A DNA stretch of 63,956 bases, filler included, from Chiloscyllium plagiosum (lineage: Eukaryota): NCBI RefSeq assembly GCF_004010195.1. It is 5 parts of one record of this genome, joined end to end, with 100 filler letters (N's around TTAATTAATTAA, not from the genome) between each part and the next. Parts side by side here need not be neighbours in the genome. Positions count along the whole stretch, not along the records: positions 29,032 to 53,434 come from NC_057716.1; 4 more parts are not named here. The stretch is one strand, 5' to 3'. Positions 39,571-51,810 of this stretch are shown in pieces; the first letter of the stretch is position 1, and the number at the start of each line of letters is the position of its first letter. The translations under genes were made by a program, and so were the position numbers. The notes under the pieces were generated by a model. The model was not told the origin of the DNA. It was given only the letters and a program-made list of their open reading frames with translations, and ran no database searches.

Positions 39571-40164
39571 AGAGGAAGTTAAGCAAATACAGTTATGTCA
39601 AGTAATAAGGACAGCGGAAGACAAGAATTAGTGAAGGAAAATAGACAATGACTGAATTGATCCACCTTATATCTGATTATATAATAGTGAACTAATAAGA
39701 GTTAGTGGACTATGGCGACAGTTTTGTGATGAGAGGCACCAAGAATCAGTTTTGCGCTCATGACAAGATATTGCCACCAAATTGGGGATTGAATTAACTG
39801 CAAATGGTGCTATGGAATCTATTGAGGTTTTTAAAAATGAATGTGCTTGAGCAAAACAATTACAGAAACAGAATGAGAAGTCACAAGTGACTGGTAAACA
39901 AACAGAACTGTGCGATTACAGTTGTTAAAATATTTTAGTCACTTGTTGCATTTCCATCCTGAATTACAGATAATGATTGTTTTATTTATATAATATATAA
40001 TTAATAATTAATATTTATAATAAATCAATTGTATTAGCCTGACTCAATATTAATTGACAGGATTCCTTCACACATTCTCAGTGACCTGTCATATTGATTC
40101 ATAGCTAATTTAAATCATGGCAGCATTAATTCATTGTTAATTAAAGATTGGAAAGCTACATTCC

Positions 40165-42150
40165 TGGCCAGAGTGTGTGCAGGCAGTGGCAGCAACAGCC
40201 TTATTGGTAGAGGAGAGTCGGACACTTACTTTTGGGGCAGCCTTGATAGTAAGCACCCCGCATCAGGTATGGACTATATTGAACCAGAAGGCAGGGCGGT
40301 GGCTTATGGACTCTAGAATTCTAAAATACGAAGCAATTCTAATAGAGAGGGATGACCTTACATTAATCACAGACACTTGTCTGAATCCAGCTACCTTTCT
40401 CTGGAAAGGGGAGGATGAAGCTCCCTCACACCCAGAACATGAATGCCTTGACATTATAGAATATCAGACTAAAGTAAGAATGGACCTTAGAGACATCCCT
40501 CTACATGCAGGGGCCAGGCTGTTCATTGATCGGTCCTCCAGAGTGATTGAAGGTAAAAGGCATAATGGATATGCAGTAGTGGATGGAATAGAGGGGAGCG
40601 TTATTGAAGCTCGTGGACTACCCAATGATTGGTCAGCACAGACTTGTGAACTTTATGCACTAGGAAGGGCCTTTAAGACCTTGGAAGGCAAGGAAGGAAC
40701 TGTATACACAGATTCTAAGTATGCCTTCGGGGTGGCACACACATTTGGGAAAATATGGCAGGAGAGGGGACTGATAAACAATAGGGGTAAAGAATTGGCT
40801 CATGAGGAATTGATAAAGCAAGTATTGGAATCTCTTTTGTTGCCAAAGGAAATAGCAATAGTCCACATAAATGGACATCAGCAGGGAAATGATGCCAAAG
40901 CAAAGGGAAATAGAGTGGCGGATGAAGTCGCTAAAGAGGCAGCTCTGAGCCCCCAGCCCGCTACAAAATATATATTTTGGTACCTATGGTGCAGAAACCT
41001 GGGGGGAGACTGACATTTAGCGCTAAGGAAGAGAGAGAGTTAGAAGAACTGGGAGCTACACAGACAGTAGAGGGGCGCTGGATGCTACCGATGGCCAGGA
41101 GACGCTAAATAAGATGATGATGATGCGAGAAATTATGGCTGTCTTACACCAGGGGAGTCACTGGGGAGTGCAAGCAATGTGTGATTTGGTCTTAAGGAAA
41201 TATGGATGCAAAGGGATCTATACGATAGCCAAACAGATATGTGAGGGATGTATAACATGCAAGAAAATCAACAAGAAGGTATTGAGGAAACAAGTCCCAG
41301 GAGGGAGAGAACCTGGGCTCCGACCATTTCAGAGCATTCAGGTAGATTATACCGAATTACCCTGAGTGGGAAGACTGAGGTATATGCTGGTAATGATTGA
41401 TCACCGATCTGGATGGGTGGAGGCGTATCCTTTAGCCACTGCCACTGCAAGTGGGGTGTCCAAGATAATACTTGAACACATAATTCCCAGATATGGGATA
41501 ATGGAGTGTATAGATTCGGATCAGGGAACTCATTTTACTTCCAGGGTACTCCAGGGAGTGATGAAAGGGTTAGGAGTCTCCTGGGAGTTCCACACCCCTT
41601 GGCACCCACCATCAGGAAAGGTTGAGAGAATGAACCAGACACTCAAGAAGCAGTTATCTAAATTAGTAGTAGAAGCCAGACTCCCTTGGACTAAATGTTT
41701 ACCTATAGCTCTTTTGCGGGTGCAAACGGCCCCAAGGAAAGATTTGGGACTGTCCCCTTATGAGATATTGCTTGGGAATGAAAGGGGAACTGCCCACCCT
41801 GGAGACTAAAGATCTGTTCTTAAAGAGGTATATACTGGGTTTGTCTTCCTCTTTGTCTTTTCTTAGCAGACAAGGATTACTGGCACAGACTCTGCCGTTT
41901 GAATTCGCCGTTCATCCCATCCGTCCGGGAGATTAGGTCCTAATTAAGTCATGGACAGAAACTAAATTGCAACCAGATTGGGAGGGACCCGTACCAGGCT
42001 CTTTTGACTACTGAAACGGCGATACGCACGGCAAAGAAAGGCTGGACTTACTACACCAGGATTACACCGGTGGAATCCTCAGTTAAGAAAGAAGTCTGGA
42101 CGGCCGAATCAACAGAAGAACCACTGAAACTCAGACTCAAAAGACTTTAA
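40165..42150 (+). pseudogene. pol: ERV pol remnant (RT connection, RNase H, integrase)
   Basis: WPECVQAVAATA; RNase H LFIDRSS / SAQTCELYAL / VYTDSKY / GNRVADEVAK; IN HQGSH..CEGCITC, QVDYTEL, IDSDQGTHF, SGKVERMN; stops and frameshifts; TAA at 42148-42150. Confidence 0.92.
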
Positions 42151-42249
42151 GTAACTGATTTTTATGCGGACGCGGGATAGTTTCTTTTAGATATCTGTAT
42201 ATTGTATTGCATGTTAAATCTCTTGGTCCTTCAATACTATTATACTATT

Positions 42250-44132
42250 ATAGGATAGCTGGGAACGCTTAGGGTTACCATATTAGCCTACTTAGTATTG
42301 GAATTTTGTCAAACGATGCTGTCATCTCCACATTTGTTATTAATGGTCCCTGAGTCTGAATATCCGCAAGTTATAGAGGTCGATGCTTGCAGTCTAGTAA
42401 AATGCACAGATGTAAAGTATCAGAGGGAGTATATTTCCTCCGAAATCCTTCTTAAGACCCTACCGGACACAAGGTATGGTTAGCAAAAACCGCCACCTGG
42501 CATCATTATCCATAGAGCCCCCATTCGCCCAGCCTTAGACTGTCCTGACAGAAAGTGCCATCCGATATATCTCACCATTAAAAATACCTCCTCTGAAGAC
42601 TTCTTTCCCCATAAAAATGGGTCTCAACTCCTTAGTAGCGATTTAAAGATAGTAATGGCTGCCACTGGGAAGTGTTTTTCGGGCTGCTGTTTCCGAATAG
42701 CTGTAGGAAACAGAAAACGAGCCAAACAACTTGATAATAAAATATATCCTTTTGCCCCTCCCAACGACCCAAAGGTGGTAAAAGTTAAAGAGGTGAAGTT
42801 CTTGAAGCAGACCAGTGAAATAGAAACTGGATACGGACACGCATAGGTTGAATGGGTAAAGTACACTGTTAAAACTCTGAATAAAAGCAATTGCTGTGCA
42901 TGTGCCTCCGGTGGACTAGTTGCCCACATAGCCCCCTTTCCGTTCAGGTGGAACCAAAACAGGAAGGGCATGGAATGTATGATAGCTCTGTATCAGGATA
43001 AGACTGCATGGAATGATAGGAATTGTATATCCCTATCTCTAATGTTCCCTCCCTTGGAGAAGTCAGAATTGAAAGCTCCCCCTCCCCGTTTTTGACCACG
43101 GTCAATCACACATGGTGTATAAGCCGACGGGGTCAAATTGGTCTAGAGACTTGGGGGAGCTGAGGTTATGTATAGAAACTCAGAATGACACCGAAACAGT
43201 TCCTCGGGTGGATCTCTGGTGGTACTGTGGAGGCAGAATATTGCGACCTACCTTACCTCCTGACTGGAGAGGGATATGTGCAATTGTGCAATTGGCAATC
43301 CCATTCACCTTGGCATTTGAGGAGAAGGTGGTAGTAACAAAGAATGGTAGAAGTAAAAGGTTGTTACTAGATACTTCCTTTGATGATAGGATTTATCTCA
43401 ACTGTATAGGAGTTCTTAGAGGGGGTCCCTGATGAGTTCCAGGCCCGCAACCAGATTGCTGCAGGTTTTGAATCAGCCCTATTTTGGTGGGTAACTGTCA
43501 ACAAGAATGTGGATTGGATAAACTTTTTTTTAACAACCAGCAAAGATTCATCAATTACACTAGAGATGCAGTCAAAGGTATTTCCAAGCAACTTGCTGCA
43601 ACCAGTAGAATGGCCTGGGAAAACAGACTGGCCTTAGATATGATCCTAGCTGAAAAAGGGGGTGTATGTGTGATGTTAGGGAGTAGCTGTTTTACCTTTA
43701 TTCCAAATAATACAGCACCTGATGGGTCAATCTCTCGTGCCTTGCGAGGATTGACCACCTTGGCGGAAGAATTGGCTGAGAACTCAGGAGTGGACACATC
43801 TCTCAGGAGTGGACACATGGCTGGAATCATGGTTTGGGAAGTGGTAAGGTGTGGTAGTCTCTATCCTCACCTCCCTGATAGTGGTAGCAGGGGTACTGAC
43901 AGCAATTGGCTGTTGTATCATACCTTGTGTACGAGGGTTAACCCAGCGGCTAATTGAGACGGCCTTGGCAAAACAAATGTCTCTAAAAGGTAATCAGGCA
44001 GAGGAACTCAACCTCTTGAACAATGAGGGGATGGGTGATCTTAAGGAATTAGCCAATACAAATGAAGTCTCAGGGATGATGCTAGCGAACTGGAAGGCAA
44101 CATATGAGACAAATGCAGAAGACAACATTTAG
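42250..44132 (+). pseudogene. env: ERV gamma-type env remnant (SU plus TM)
   Basis: Hydrophobic leader; CxxC (CCAC, 42892-42903); furin RSKR (43349-43360); ISD WENRLALDMILAEKGG; CX6C(C to F); TM helix VVSILTSLIVVAGVLTAIGCCIIPC. Confidence 0.9.
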
Positions 44133-44137
44133 TAGCC

Positions 44138-44155
44138 AAGAAGAAAAAGGGGGGA
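44138..44155 (+). other. Polypurine tract
   Basis: aagaagaaaaagggggga between the env stop and the TG that opens the LTR. Confidence 0.88.
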
Positions 44156-44156
44156 T

Positions 44157-44839
44157 TGCAAGGTACAGGGTTAAAATTGTGCAGAATAAGGGAACAGGTG
44201 TTGTTTCTGCAAAAGCTTACATTATAAAATTAGGCTGCGCATGCAAATACTATAAAGTGAGAAGCGAAAACAGATAGAATTATCTATGACTAATAGGGCA
44301 GAGCAACTGTGTAGCAGGATGTGCCAGGCATAGGAAAACATAAGAAGCAAAAACAGGTAGAATTATCTATGACTAATAGGGCAGAGTGACCGTTGTAGCA
44401 GGATGTACCAGTAACAGGAGAATAGTGTGCCAGTCTCAGGAGGGATGTGGCCAACGGATGGAATTTAGTTTGGCAGGATGATCGCACGAAGACAGCAAAC
44501 TATGCCAGGATAGTCACATATAAGGAATGAGATAAATAAGAGTAAGGGGCGACAGGCTTAGAGTAATGGGAGAAGTAAACAGAGGCGGAGAGAAGCTAGA
44601 CGAAGGTGGAGCGAAGCTAGAGCTTGTGATAGGCTACGCGCTACAGTAAAAGTAACCAATGGGGTGAAAGGGGAGGGCCGAGAGATGCAGCGGAACAGCA
44701 TAAATCAGAATGTAACCCTCAGATCGGGGTGCTTATTCATTAGGCACCCGTTCTTGCAAGTACGTATCAATAAAATTCGCTGCTTCAGAATTTGACTCGG
44801 ACTGAAATTTATCAATATGTGAGTTTTGTTTCTCATACA
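44157..44839 (+). promoter_or_regulatory. ERV 3' LTR (~680 bp)
   Basis: Starts TG after the PPT, ends ...ctcataCA; ~83-bp U3 direct repeat (44261 / 44344); TATA-like cataaa at ~44699; AATAAA at 44769-44774. Confidence 0.8.
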
Positions 44840-45087
44840 ATTCAAAACAAAACAAGGAAAGAACACAAAAAAAGTAAACAAAAATCTAACTCGCCCTCAT
44901 GCAACAAATGTGTAAATATATATAGAAAAATATAAAATAAAAAACCCTAACTAACCATTTAACTAAATAAATAATAACCAACAACAAAACTAATAGATAG
45001 TAATAACTCAACTCAGCCAAACAAGACACTGATACATTCGCAGTTCCTCCTGCCTGAATGTTGGACTATAAAACACAATCGTTATGG

Positions 45088-48000
45088 TTAAATAAAAGCC
45101 CTTGTTAGTGTGGCAGATAAATCTGTGTCAAGATATTCCAAGAAGGGCTGCCATGTCTCATAAAAATTCTCAGTTTTGTGGTGTACCATATTTGTGAGAA
45201 AATCCAGGGGAATATGCTCCATAACAATCTTTCACCAACCCGACAGGCCCGGGGGATTTTCAGATACCCAACCTAGCAAGATATTCTTTCTTGCGCAGAA
45301 AGTGAGGATGTTGAACAGTTTTTTTTCTTGAGCGTATGTGCAGGGAACACACTGTGCAGGCCAAGAAGAAGAGAGATTGGGTCCTTCTCCACTCTTACAC
45401 CCAAAATCCCCTCCATTGCACCTGCCACAGTGCTCCAGTATGTAAGAAGCCTACCACACGACCAGAGACAATGGGTAAGAGTGCCTGTACCAACCTTGCA
45501 CTTGGGATATGCTCAAGATACCCTAGGTTTACATTTTGACAAATGGTCCGGAGCCAAGTGGACCCTGTGGAGAATCTTCAACTGTAAAGCATAGGTCCTA
45601 TTGTAAATTGATATATTTTTTGTGTTTTCCCAAATATCTTCCTATGCCTCTGACGGTACCTCAATGCCTAGCTCTCTCTTCCACACCCTGCAGAGCCGAT
45701 CAAACTCATCTGAGGGGGCATCCCCCAACTGATGATATAAAGTGCTGACAGAAAGTATATTCTTAGCCCTTCTCTCTATGTCAGATTTGTAGGGATCAGT
45801 CAACAGTGTAGTTTTTAAAAATAAAATCCCTAACTTTAAAAAAACGAAAGAGGTTGCTGTTAGATAGCTCGTATTTCCGTGCTAACTGATCAAAAGACAT
45901 CATTTTATCTCCCTCAAATAAGTCGCCCAGGCAAGACACACCCCTAGCTGCCCAATGTTTGAATCCTGAATCTATCATCCCTGGTTTAAAACCCAGCATG
46001 CCCACCATAGGAGTAAGAGATGTTTTGCCAATATTGCCTTCCCTCTGCCGAATTGCCCTCCATGCTTTAACAGTATTGATGACTATTAGGTTATGGCAAT
46101 ATTCCCTAACTGTCTTCATTTTGTCCAAAACCAGCAAGCTAGTAAGGGGGCACCTTACCAGGGAGGCTTCGATATCTAACCATATTGAAAGAGGGCCCCC
46201 ACAGGCACAATCACTCACACAGGATAAAAATGAGCTTAGTTGGTGGCTTTTAATGTCAGGGAGATCCAATCCTCCCAGTCTGTGAGGCAGTTGCAGTTTA
46301 GCTAATTTAATGAGGGGCCGCTTACGATGCCAAATAAAGGAGATGAACCAGCCGTTCAGTCTCCTGAATGTTTGCTTATTGAAAATTGGGGGAGCATCCA
46401 TATAGGGTATAGCAAACAAGGGAGAATATTCATCTTAATAAGCACTATCAGACCCAACCACGAGACTGGAGGTGCCTCCCATCTTTGAAGGTCTTGTTTG
46501 ATTTTGTCAAATAATTGAACAAAATTAGCTTTAAACAACCGATCAAGAACTGGAGTAATGATTATGCCCAAATACACAATGTCCCTCTGTGACAACTTAA
46601 CTGGGAATCGAAATTTGCCCTCGAGACCTAGCATCTTCGTAAGACCACCCATAGGCATAGCCTCTGATTTTGCAAGATTAATTTTGTACTCTGAAAAGGC
46701 GCCAAACACACTGATGCATTATATCAGGCGAGACATCAAAACTGCTGGATTTGACAAAAATTATGACATCATCTATTTACAACGAAGTCATATGTAATAT
46801 TGACCCACTTCTGGAGCTGATATATTGGGAATGGCCTCCGGCAATGGTTCAATCACCAATGTAAAAAGCAGTGGTGAAAGGGGACAGCCCTGCTGGCTGT
46901 CCCTAAAAATGTTAAAATTGCTGGATCGTACCCCATTGGTGGTGACCGCAGTGAGAGGGTCACTGTAGAGAACCTTTACTCATCTTATGAAGACTTCACC
47001 CAAGCCAAACTGCTCCAGAGTACAAAAAATGTATGGCCATTCAACTTGGTCAAATGCCTTTTCTGCATCTAGAGAAATCACCAATCCCTGTATTGACTGC
47101 TGTTGACATGCTTGAATTATATTAAGCAGCCTCCTAACATTATTGAAGGATCTGCGACCCTTTATAAAGCCCGTCTGGTCCTCTTAAACAATAGAAGGCA
47201 ACACAGTCTCCAGCAACAATGTAAGAGTCTTAGAGAGGATTTTAAAGTCCACACTTAAGAGTAAAATGGGCCTGTATGAAGCACAGTCCTCCAGAACCTT
47301 CCCTTTTTAAGAATAAGTGAAATATTGGCCTCTCTCAGAGGTGGCGAGAGACGATCCTGGCTGTATGAGTCTTTAAACATGTTGAGCGTCGGGCCTGACA
47401 ATATATTTATGAATTCCTTATTGGAATTTGCTGTGCAGTCCATCAGGACTGGGTGCCTTTCCACTCTGAAGTTGTTTCACAGTCTCCTGCACCTCTTGCT
47501 CTGATAAGGGGGCATTGAGAAAAGACTCTCGTTCGGGGGTCACGCCCAGGGGATTCCAGATCCTTAAAAAAAGACTCCATTTTGGCCCGCCCTGCCTCAT
47601 AATCCTCAGATTGGTAGAACTGAGAGTAAAATCTCTGGAATGCCACATTAATTCTTTTGGAGTCACATGTTAGGTTCCCAGATACTTCCCTAATCGACAT
47701 AATGGCTTGAGGCACACTCCGTTTCCTGGCGAGATATGCTAAGTACTTGCCTAGTCTGTCACCATGCCTCATACAACCTTTGCTTTGCAAAAGTAAGCTC
47801 CTTCTATGCTGTCTGCGTGAGCACAGAATTCAATGCAGACCACAGCACCATAATCCTCTGTAGCTTGACCAACAAGGGCCTGTCGAAGTAAGCCTTCTTG
47901 GCTGCCTTCTACCGTACTTCGAGGAGATATTGCTGCTTACCCTTCTGCCGCTTCCTACAGGCAGAGTAGGAGGTAACTAATGCCCTGGAATAGGCTTTAG

Positions 48001-48865
48001 CAGTTTCCCAAAGGACAGACGGGCTACCAACTGTGCCTGAATTAATGTCTAGGAACACCCGAAATTCCCAAGAGAAATACTCCACAAGCTTATTATCTTT
48101 GAGGATAAACAGATCCATTCGCCAGTGCCTCGGACGCACTGTAATGTCCTTAATCTTAACCAACAGGTACACTGGACTGTGATCGGAGATGGTAATATTA
48201 CCAGTGGTACAAGATGTCACCAAATCCAGGGTTGCCACGGGGGTGAGAAAAAAAAATCAATCCTGGTGTGACATCTGTGTGATTTGGAAAAACCATAAAA
48301 TCCCTGCATGTAGGGTGGAGGCGCCTCTACCAACTCTAACACCACACACAGATCCACTAACTGTTTCGTTTGTACAGAGGGTTTCGGGGGCGCCTTTGGG
48401 CAACCTGTCTACTGTGGGATCCATGAGATAGATAAAATCTCTCCCTATAATGATGTGCCAAGACTCAAGACTGCTCAGTTTAGAGAACCCATCTATCAAA
48501 AATTTGAGGGGAGAGGCCGGAGTGCAATAAACATTTAAAACACCATATTCTTCCTTGTTTATCAGGGCTTTGAGAATTACAAACCTCCCATGTGTGTCTT
48601 CAACACACTCTAGTAACTTAAATGGGAGACTCCTCCTAACCAACATAGCCACTCCCCTACTTCTGTTATTAAAAGATGAAAAGTAAACCCAAACAAAGCC
48701 ATTCTGCTGTAGTTTCAAATACTCCCTATCATCCAAGCATGTCTCCTGTAACAAAGCAATATCCCCCTTCTCCTTTCTAAGACTCAAAAGTACCTTCTTC
48801 CTCTTAATTGGTGAGTGACTCCCCTTGATGTTCCAGGTACACCACTTAATCAAGTCATTAGCCAT
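45088..48865 (-). pseudogene. L1 ORF2 (APE endonuclease, RT, Cys-rich tail), disrupted
   Basis: [64 protein letters not shown]. Confidence 0.92.
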
Positions 48866-49480
48866 AATCTTCTGCAGTAACATTTCAATTCCAGAGAGGA
48901 GGAACTCAAACTATAGATCGCAGAGTCTTAGTGTCACAAGATCCGTCAAACGTAAAAACTACACAACCTAAAACCACTACATTTAACAAACCTACAAAGC
49001 TATCAAAAATTATATACAAAAAAAATGAAAAACAAACCGACATATAAAACGCCAACGGCCCTGAATAGGGGAATTCACTGCCTGCCCAAAGGGGGCAACT
49101 ACCTATCCCAAAACCCAGTTTCCCATCCCGCTGCCAAGACTGCAGCCTGGGCATTTAAATACCTGAACAGGGTATAAACTGCCCGTAAGTAGGCATTTAG
49201 CCATCCCAACCATTTTCCCTCCTCCTAGCTAGAGCCACATCGCAAACACAAGCAGAAAAGAAAGAAAATACACCATGAAATAGCAATGTGAATAAAGAAT
49301 TTTTTTTAAAGAGAAAAGGGGTAAATACCCCAACCATCTTTTAGTATAACTTAACTTAGAAATTGAAAGTACACATTTCAACCACCGCCCAACATAGTTT
49401 AAACCAGATTATTACCTCTGTATTTAAAAAAAAGACATAACCAAACAACACAACTATTTGTACATACTAAATTGTTCAGA

Positions 49481-50293
49481 TTAAGTTAATTTGTCCACAA
49501 GGTCTCTTGCCTTCTCCAACGTGTCAAAGAGATGTACAGATCCATCTAAGGTAATCTGAAGCACCTCCAGATACCTCAGAGAGTACTGGATCCCAAGCTC
49601 CCTCAATCTTCTCTTGACACCATCAGAGGATTGTTTTTTCAGGATCACCACCACTGAGAAGTCCTGGAAGAACATGATCTTAGAGCCTCGTAAATTAGCG
49701 CCTTAGATCCTTCCCCTGGATTCTGGAAGCTTCCACGATTCTCTCCTTATCCCTGTGGTGATGAAACCGCACCAAGAGAGGACGAGGACATTGACCCAGA
49801 CCTGACCTCTGCGCCATGACCTGGTGTGCCCTCTCAATCTTCAAGCCTATCATGCCAGCCTCCAAGTTAAGGAATTTCGGCAATCAGGCGTCAATAAATT
49901 CCGCTAGCTGCTCACCTTCCTTACCTTCTGGTAAACCAATGATCCGAATATTTTTTCTCTTGCCCCTGTTCTCAAGATCATCCACTTGGTCACGCAAATT
50001 ACAGACCTGCGTCTCCAGGGCTTGGATCCTATCCTTGGGGAACTAGTATCAGCTTCCAACACTGCAACTCTGTGTTCAATCTCATTCGCACTTTTTTCCA
50101 GGTCTCCCAGCTGCTGTTCATGCTTCTGCAGCATGATAGAGATTGGGGGCAGCTTCTCCTCTATTTGCTTACCCAACATCTTGTGAGATTTCACAAGTTT
50201 GTTCACCAGGGCATGGTAGATAATTGAGTCTGAGGATCCTGCAAGCTGGGTTGTGGGCCCAGCATCTGACACTCCTCCTCCCTTCTTCAGCAT
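49481..50293 (-). pseudogene. L1 ORF1 (coiled coil, RRM, CTD), disrupted
   Basis: QQLGDLEKSANEIEHRVAVLE; RKNIRIIGLPEG; IERAH..PRPLLVRF; FFQDFS. Confidence 0.88.
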
Positions 50294-50456
50294 CTCTGGA
50301 CAGCGAAAATGCAGGTAAGTTGGTTTTTCACAGTTTCCTGGGACTCCACGATCTTTCCAGAATGCCAGGATATTGCGATGGTCCAGGTTGGGCGGGTTAG
50401 AAGTTTGTTCTGCTTGTGCTGCGGTGCAGAGCTCTGCAACACAATCCGCCTCGATG

Positions 50457-50468
50457 GCCGCCATCTTG
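50457..50468 (-). promoter_or_regulatory. YY1-type motif at the L1 5' end
   Basis: CAAGATGGCGGC about 10 nt downstream of the G-run that begins the element. Confidence 0.7.
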
Positions 50469-50492
50469 GAGCCCCCCTTCAGTGGAATTTTA

Positions 50493-51810
50493 ATAGAAAC
50501 TAGAACAGGAGTAGACCATTCTGCACTTGGAGCCTGCTTCGAGCCGACTGAACTTCTATCTGCATGCTACATTCCCACTTTCTCCTCATATCTCTTGATA
50601 CCTTTAAAATCTAAAGGTTTATGCATCTCTTTCTTGAAAATATCAGTGACCTAGACCCCACAGCCTTCTGTGGTAGTAAATTCCACAGGCTGCCTAATCT
50701 CTGAGTGAAAAAATGTTTCCTTATCTCAATCCTAAATGGTCTACCCCATATTCTGAGACTGTGATTCCCAATTCTAGACTTTCCAATCAGGGTAAATATC
50801 CTCCCTGCATTTGTCTTAACTTGTTTGAATTTTATACATTTCAATTAGGTTCTCTCTCATCATTCTAAACTCTGGTAAATACAGACGCGCTTGAACCAAT
50901 ATCTCCTAATGGGACAGCCCTTTTACCAATGGTGTTATCCTAGTGAACCTCCACTGCACACCCTCAATGATAAATATATCCTTTCTAAGGTAGGGAGATT
51001 AAAACTGCACGCAATACTCCAAGTGTGGTCTCTGAAAAGCTCTGTAAGACATCCTTATTTCTGAACTGAAATTCTCTTGTGATGAAGGCCAATATACTAT
51101 TTGACTTCCTCATTGTTTGCCATACCTACCTATCTATACCCAGATCCCTTTGTACATCCATGTTTTCTAATATCTCTCCATTCTGTTTTTCACACCAAAG
51201 TGTATAATTTCATACTTATACTGCATCTGCAATTTGCTTGCCCACTCATTTAACTCGTCTAAATCATCTTGATGCCTTGTTGCACCCTGCTCAAAACTTA
51301 TAATCCGACTTAGTTTTGTGTCATCACCAAGCTTGTAAATGTTGCATTTGGTTCCTGATCAGGTATATATATACACATATATGTATGTATATATATAAAT
51401 AAATATATATATATAATCAATATCTGGCTTCCAAGCACTCTGCTAAGTAATACTCTACTAGCGTCTGCATTCCACTTGGAAAAAGATCAATTTATTCCCA
51501 CACTCTATTTCCTGTCTGCCAACTAATTCTCAATCCATGCAATATATTACCCCCATCCCATGCGCTTTACTTTTGATCATTAACCTCTTATTTGGGACCT
51601 TATCAAAAGCCTTCTTGAAATCTCAACACACCATATCCATTGGTTCTTTCTTATTTATTCTACTAGTTACATACTCAAAAAAACTGCAGTAAATTTGTTC
51701 AGCGTGATTTTACTTTTATAAATCCATGCTGACTTTGTGTAATCCTGTTCATGGTTTCCAAGTGTTCTGTTCTCGCACATTTTTACATTAATTCTGGCAT
51801 TTTCCTCATT
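50493..51810 (-). mobile_element. Old CR1 3' half containing a (TA)n-like microsatellite at ~51363-51415
   Basis: ORF 50611 RIWGRPFRIEIRKHFFTQRLGSLWN; DFKKAFDKVP-like at ~51600. Confidence 0.8.

Larger units (their letters stand above)
40165..44839 (+). mobile_element. Class I (gamma/epsilon-like) endogenous retrovirus, 3' half (pol, env, 3' LTR)
   Basis: Collinear RT connection, RNase H, integrase, env, PPT and LTR; gag, pro, RT core and 5' LTR absent. Confidence 0.92.
44840..50477 (-). mobile_element. Near full-length L1-clade LINE (5' UTR, ORF1, ~600-nt spacer, ORF2, 3' UTR)
   Basis: 5' end ggggggctccaagatggcggc; ORF1 and ORF2 motifs below; 3' UTR homologous to the copy at 53118-53434. 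Confidence 0.92.

Noticed and set aside
42250..44132. Possible domesticated syncytin-like env
   Set aside because: Multiple stops and frameshifts and loss of CX6CC in this copy.
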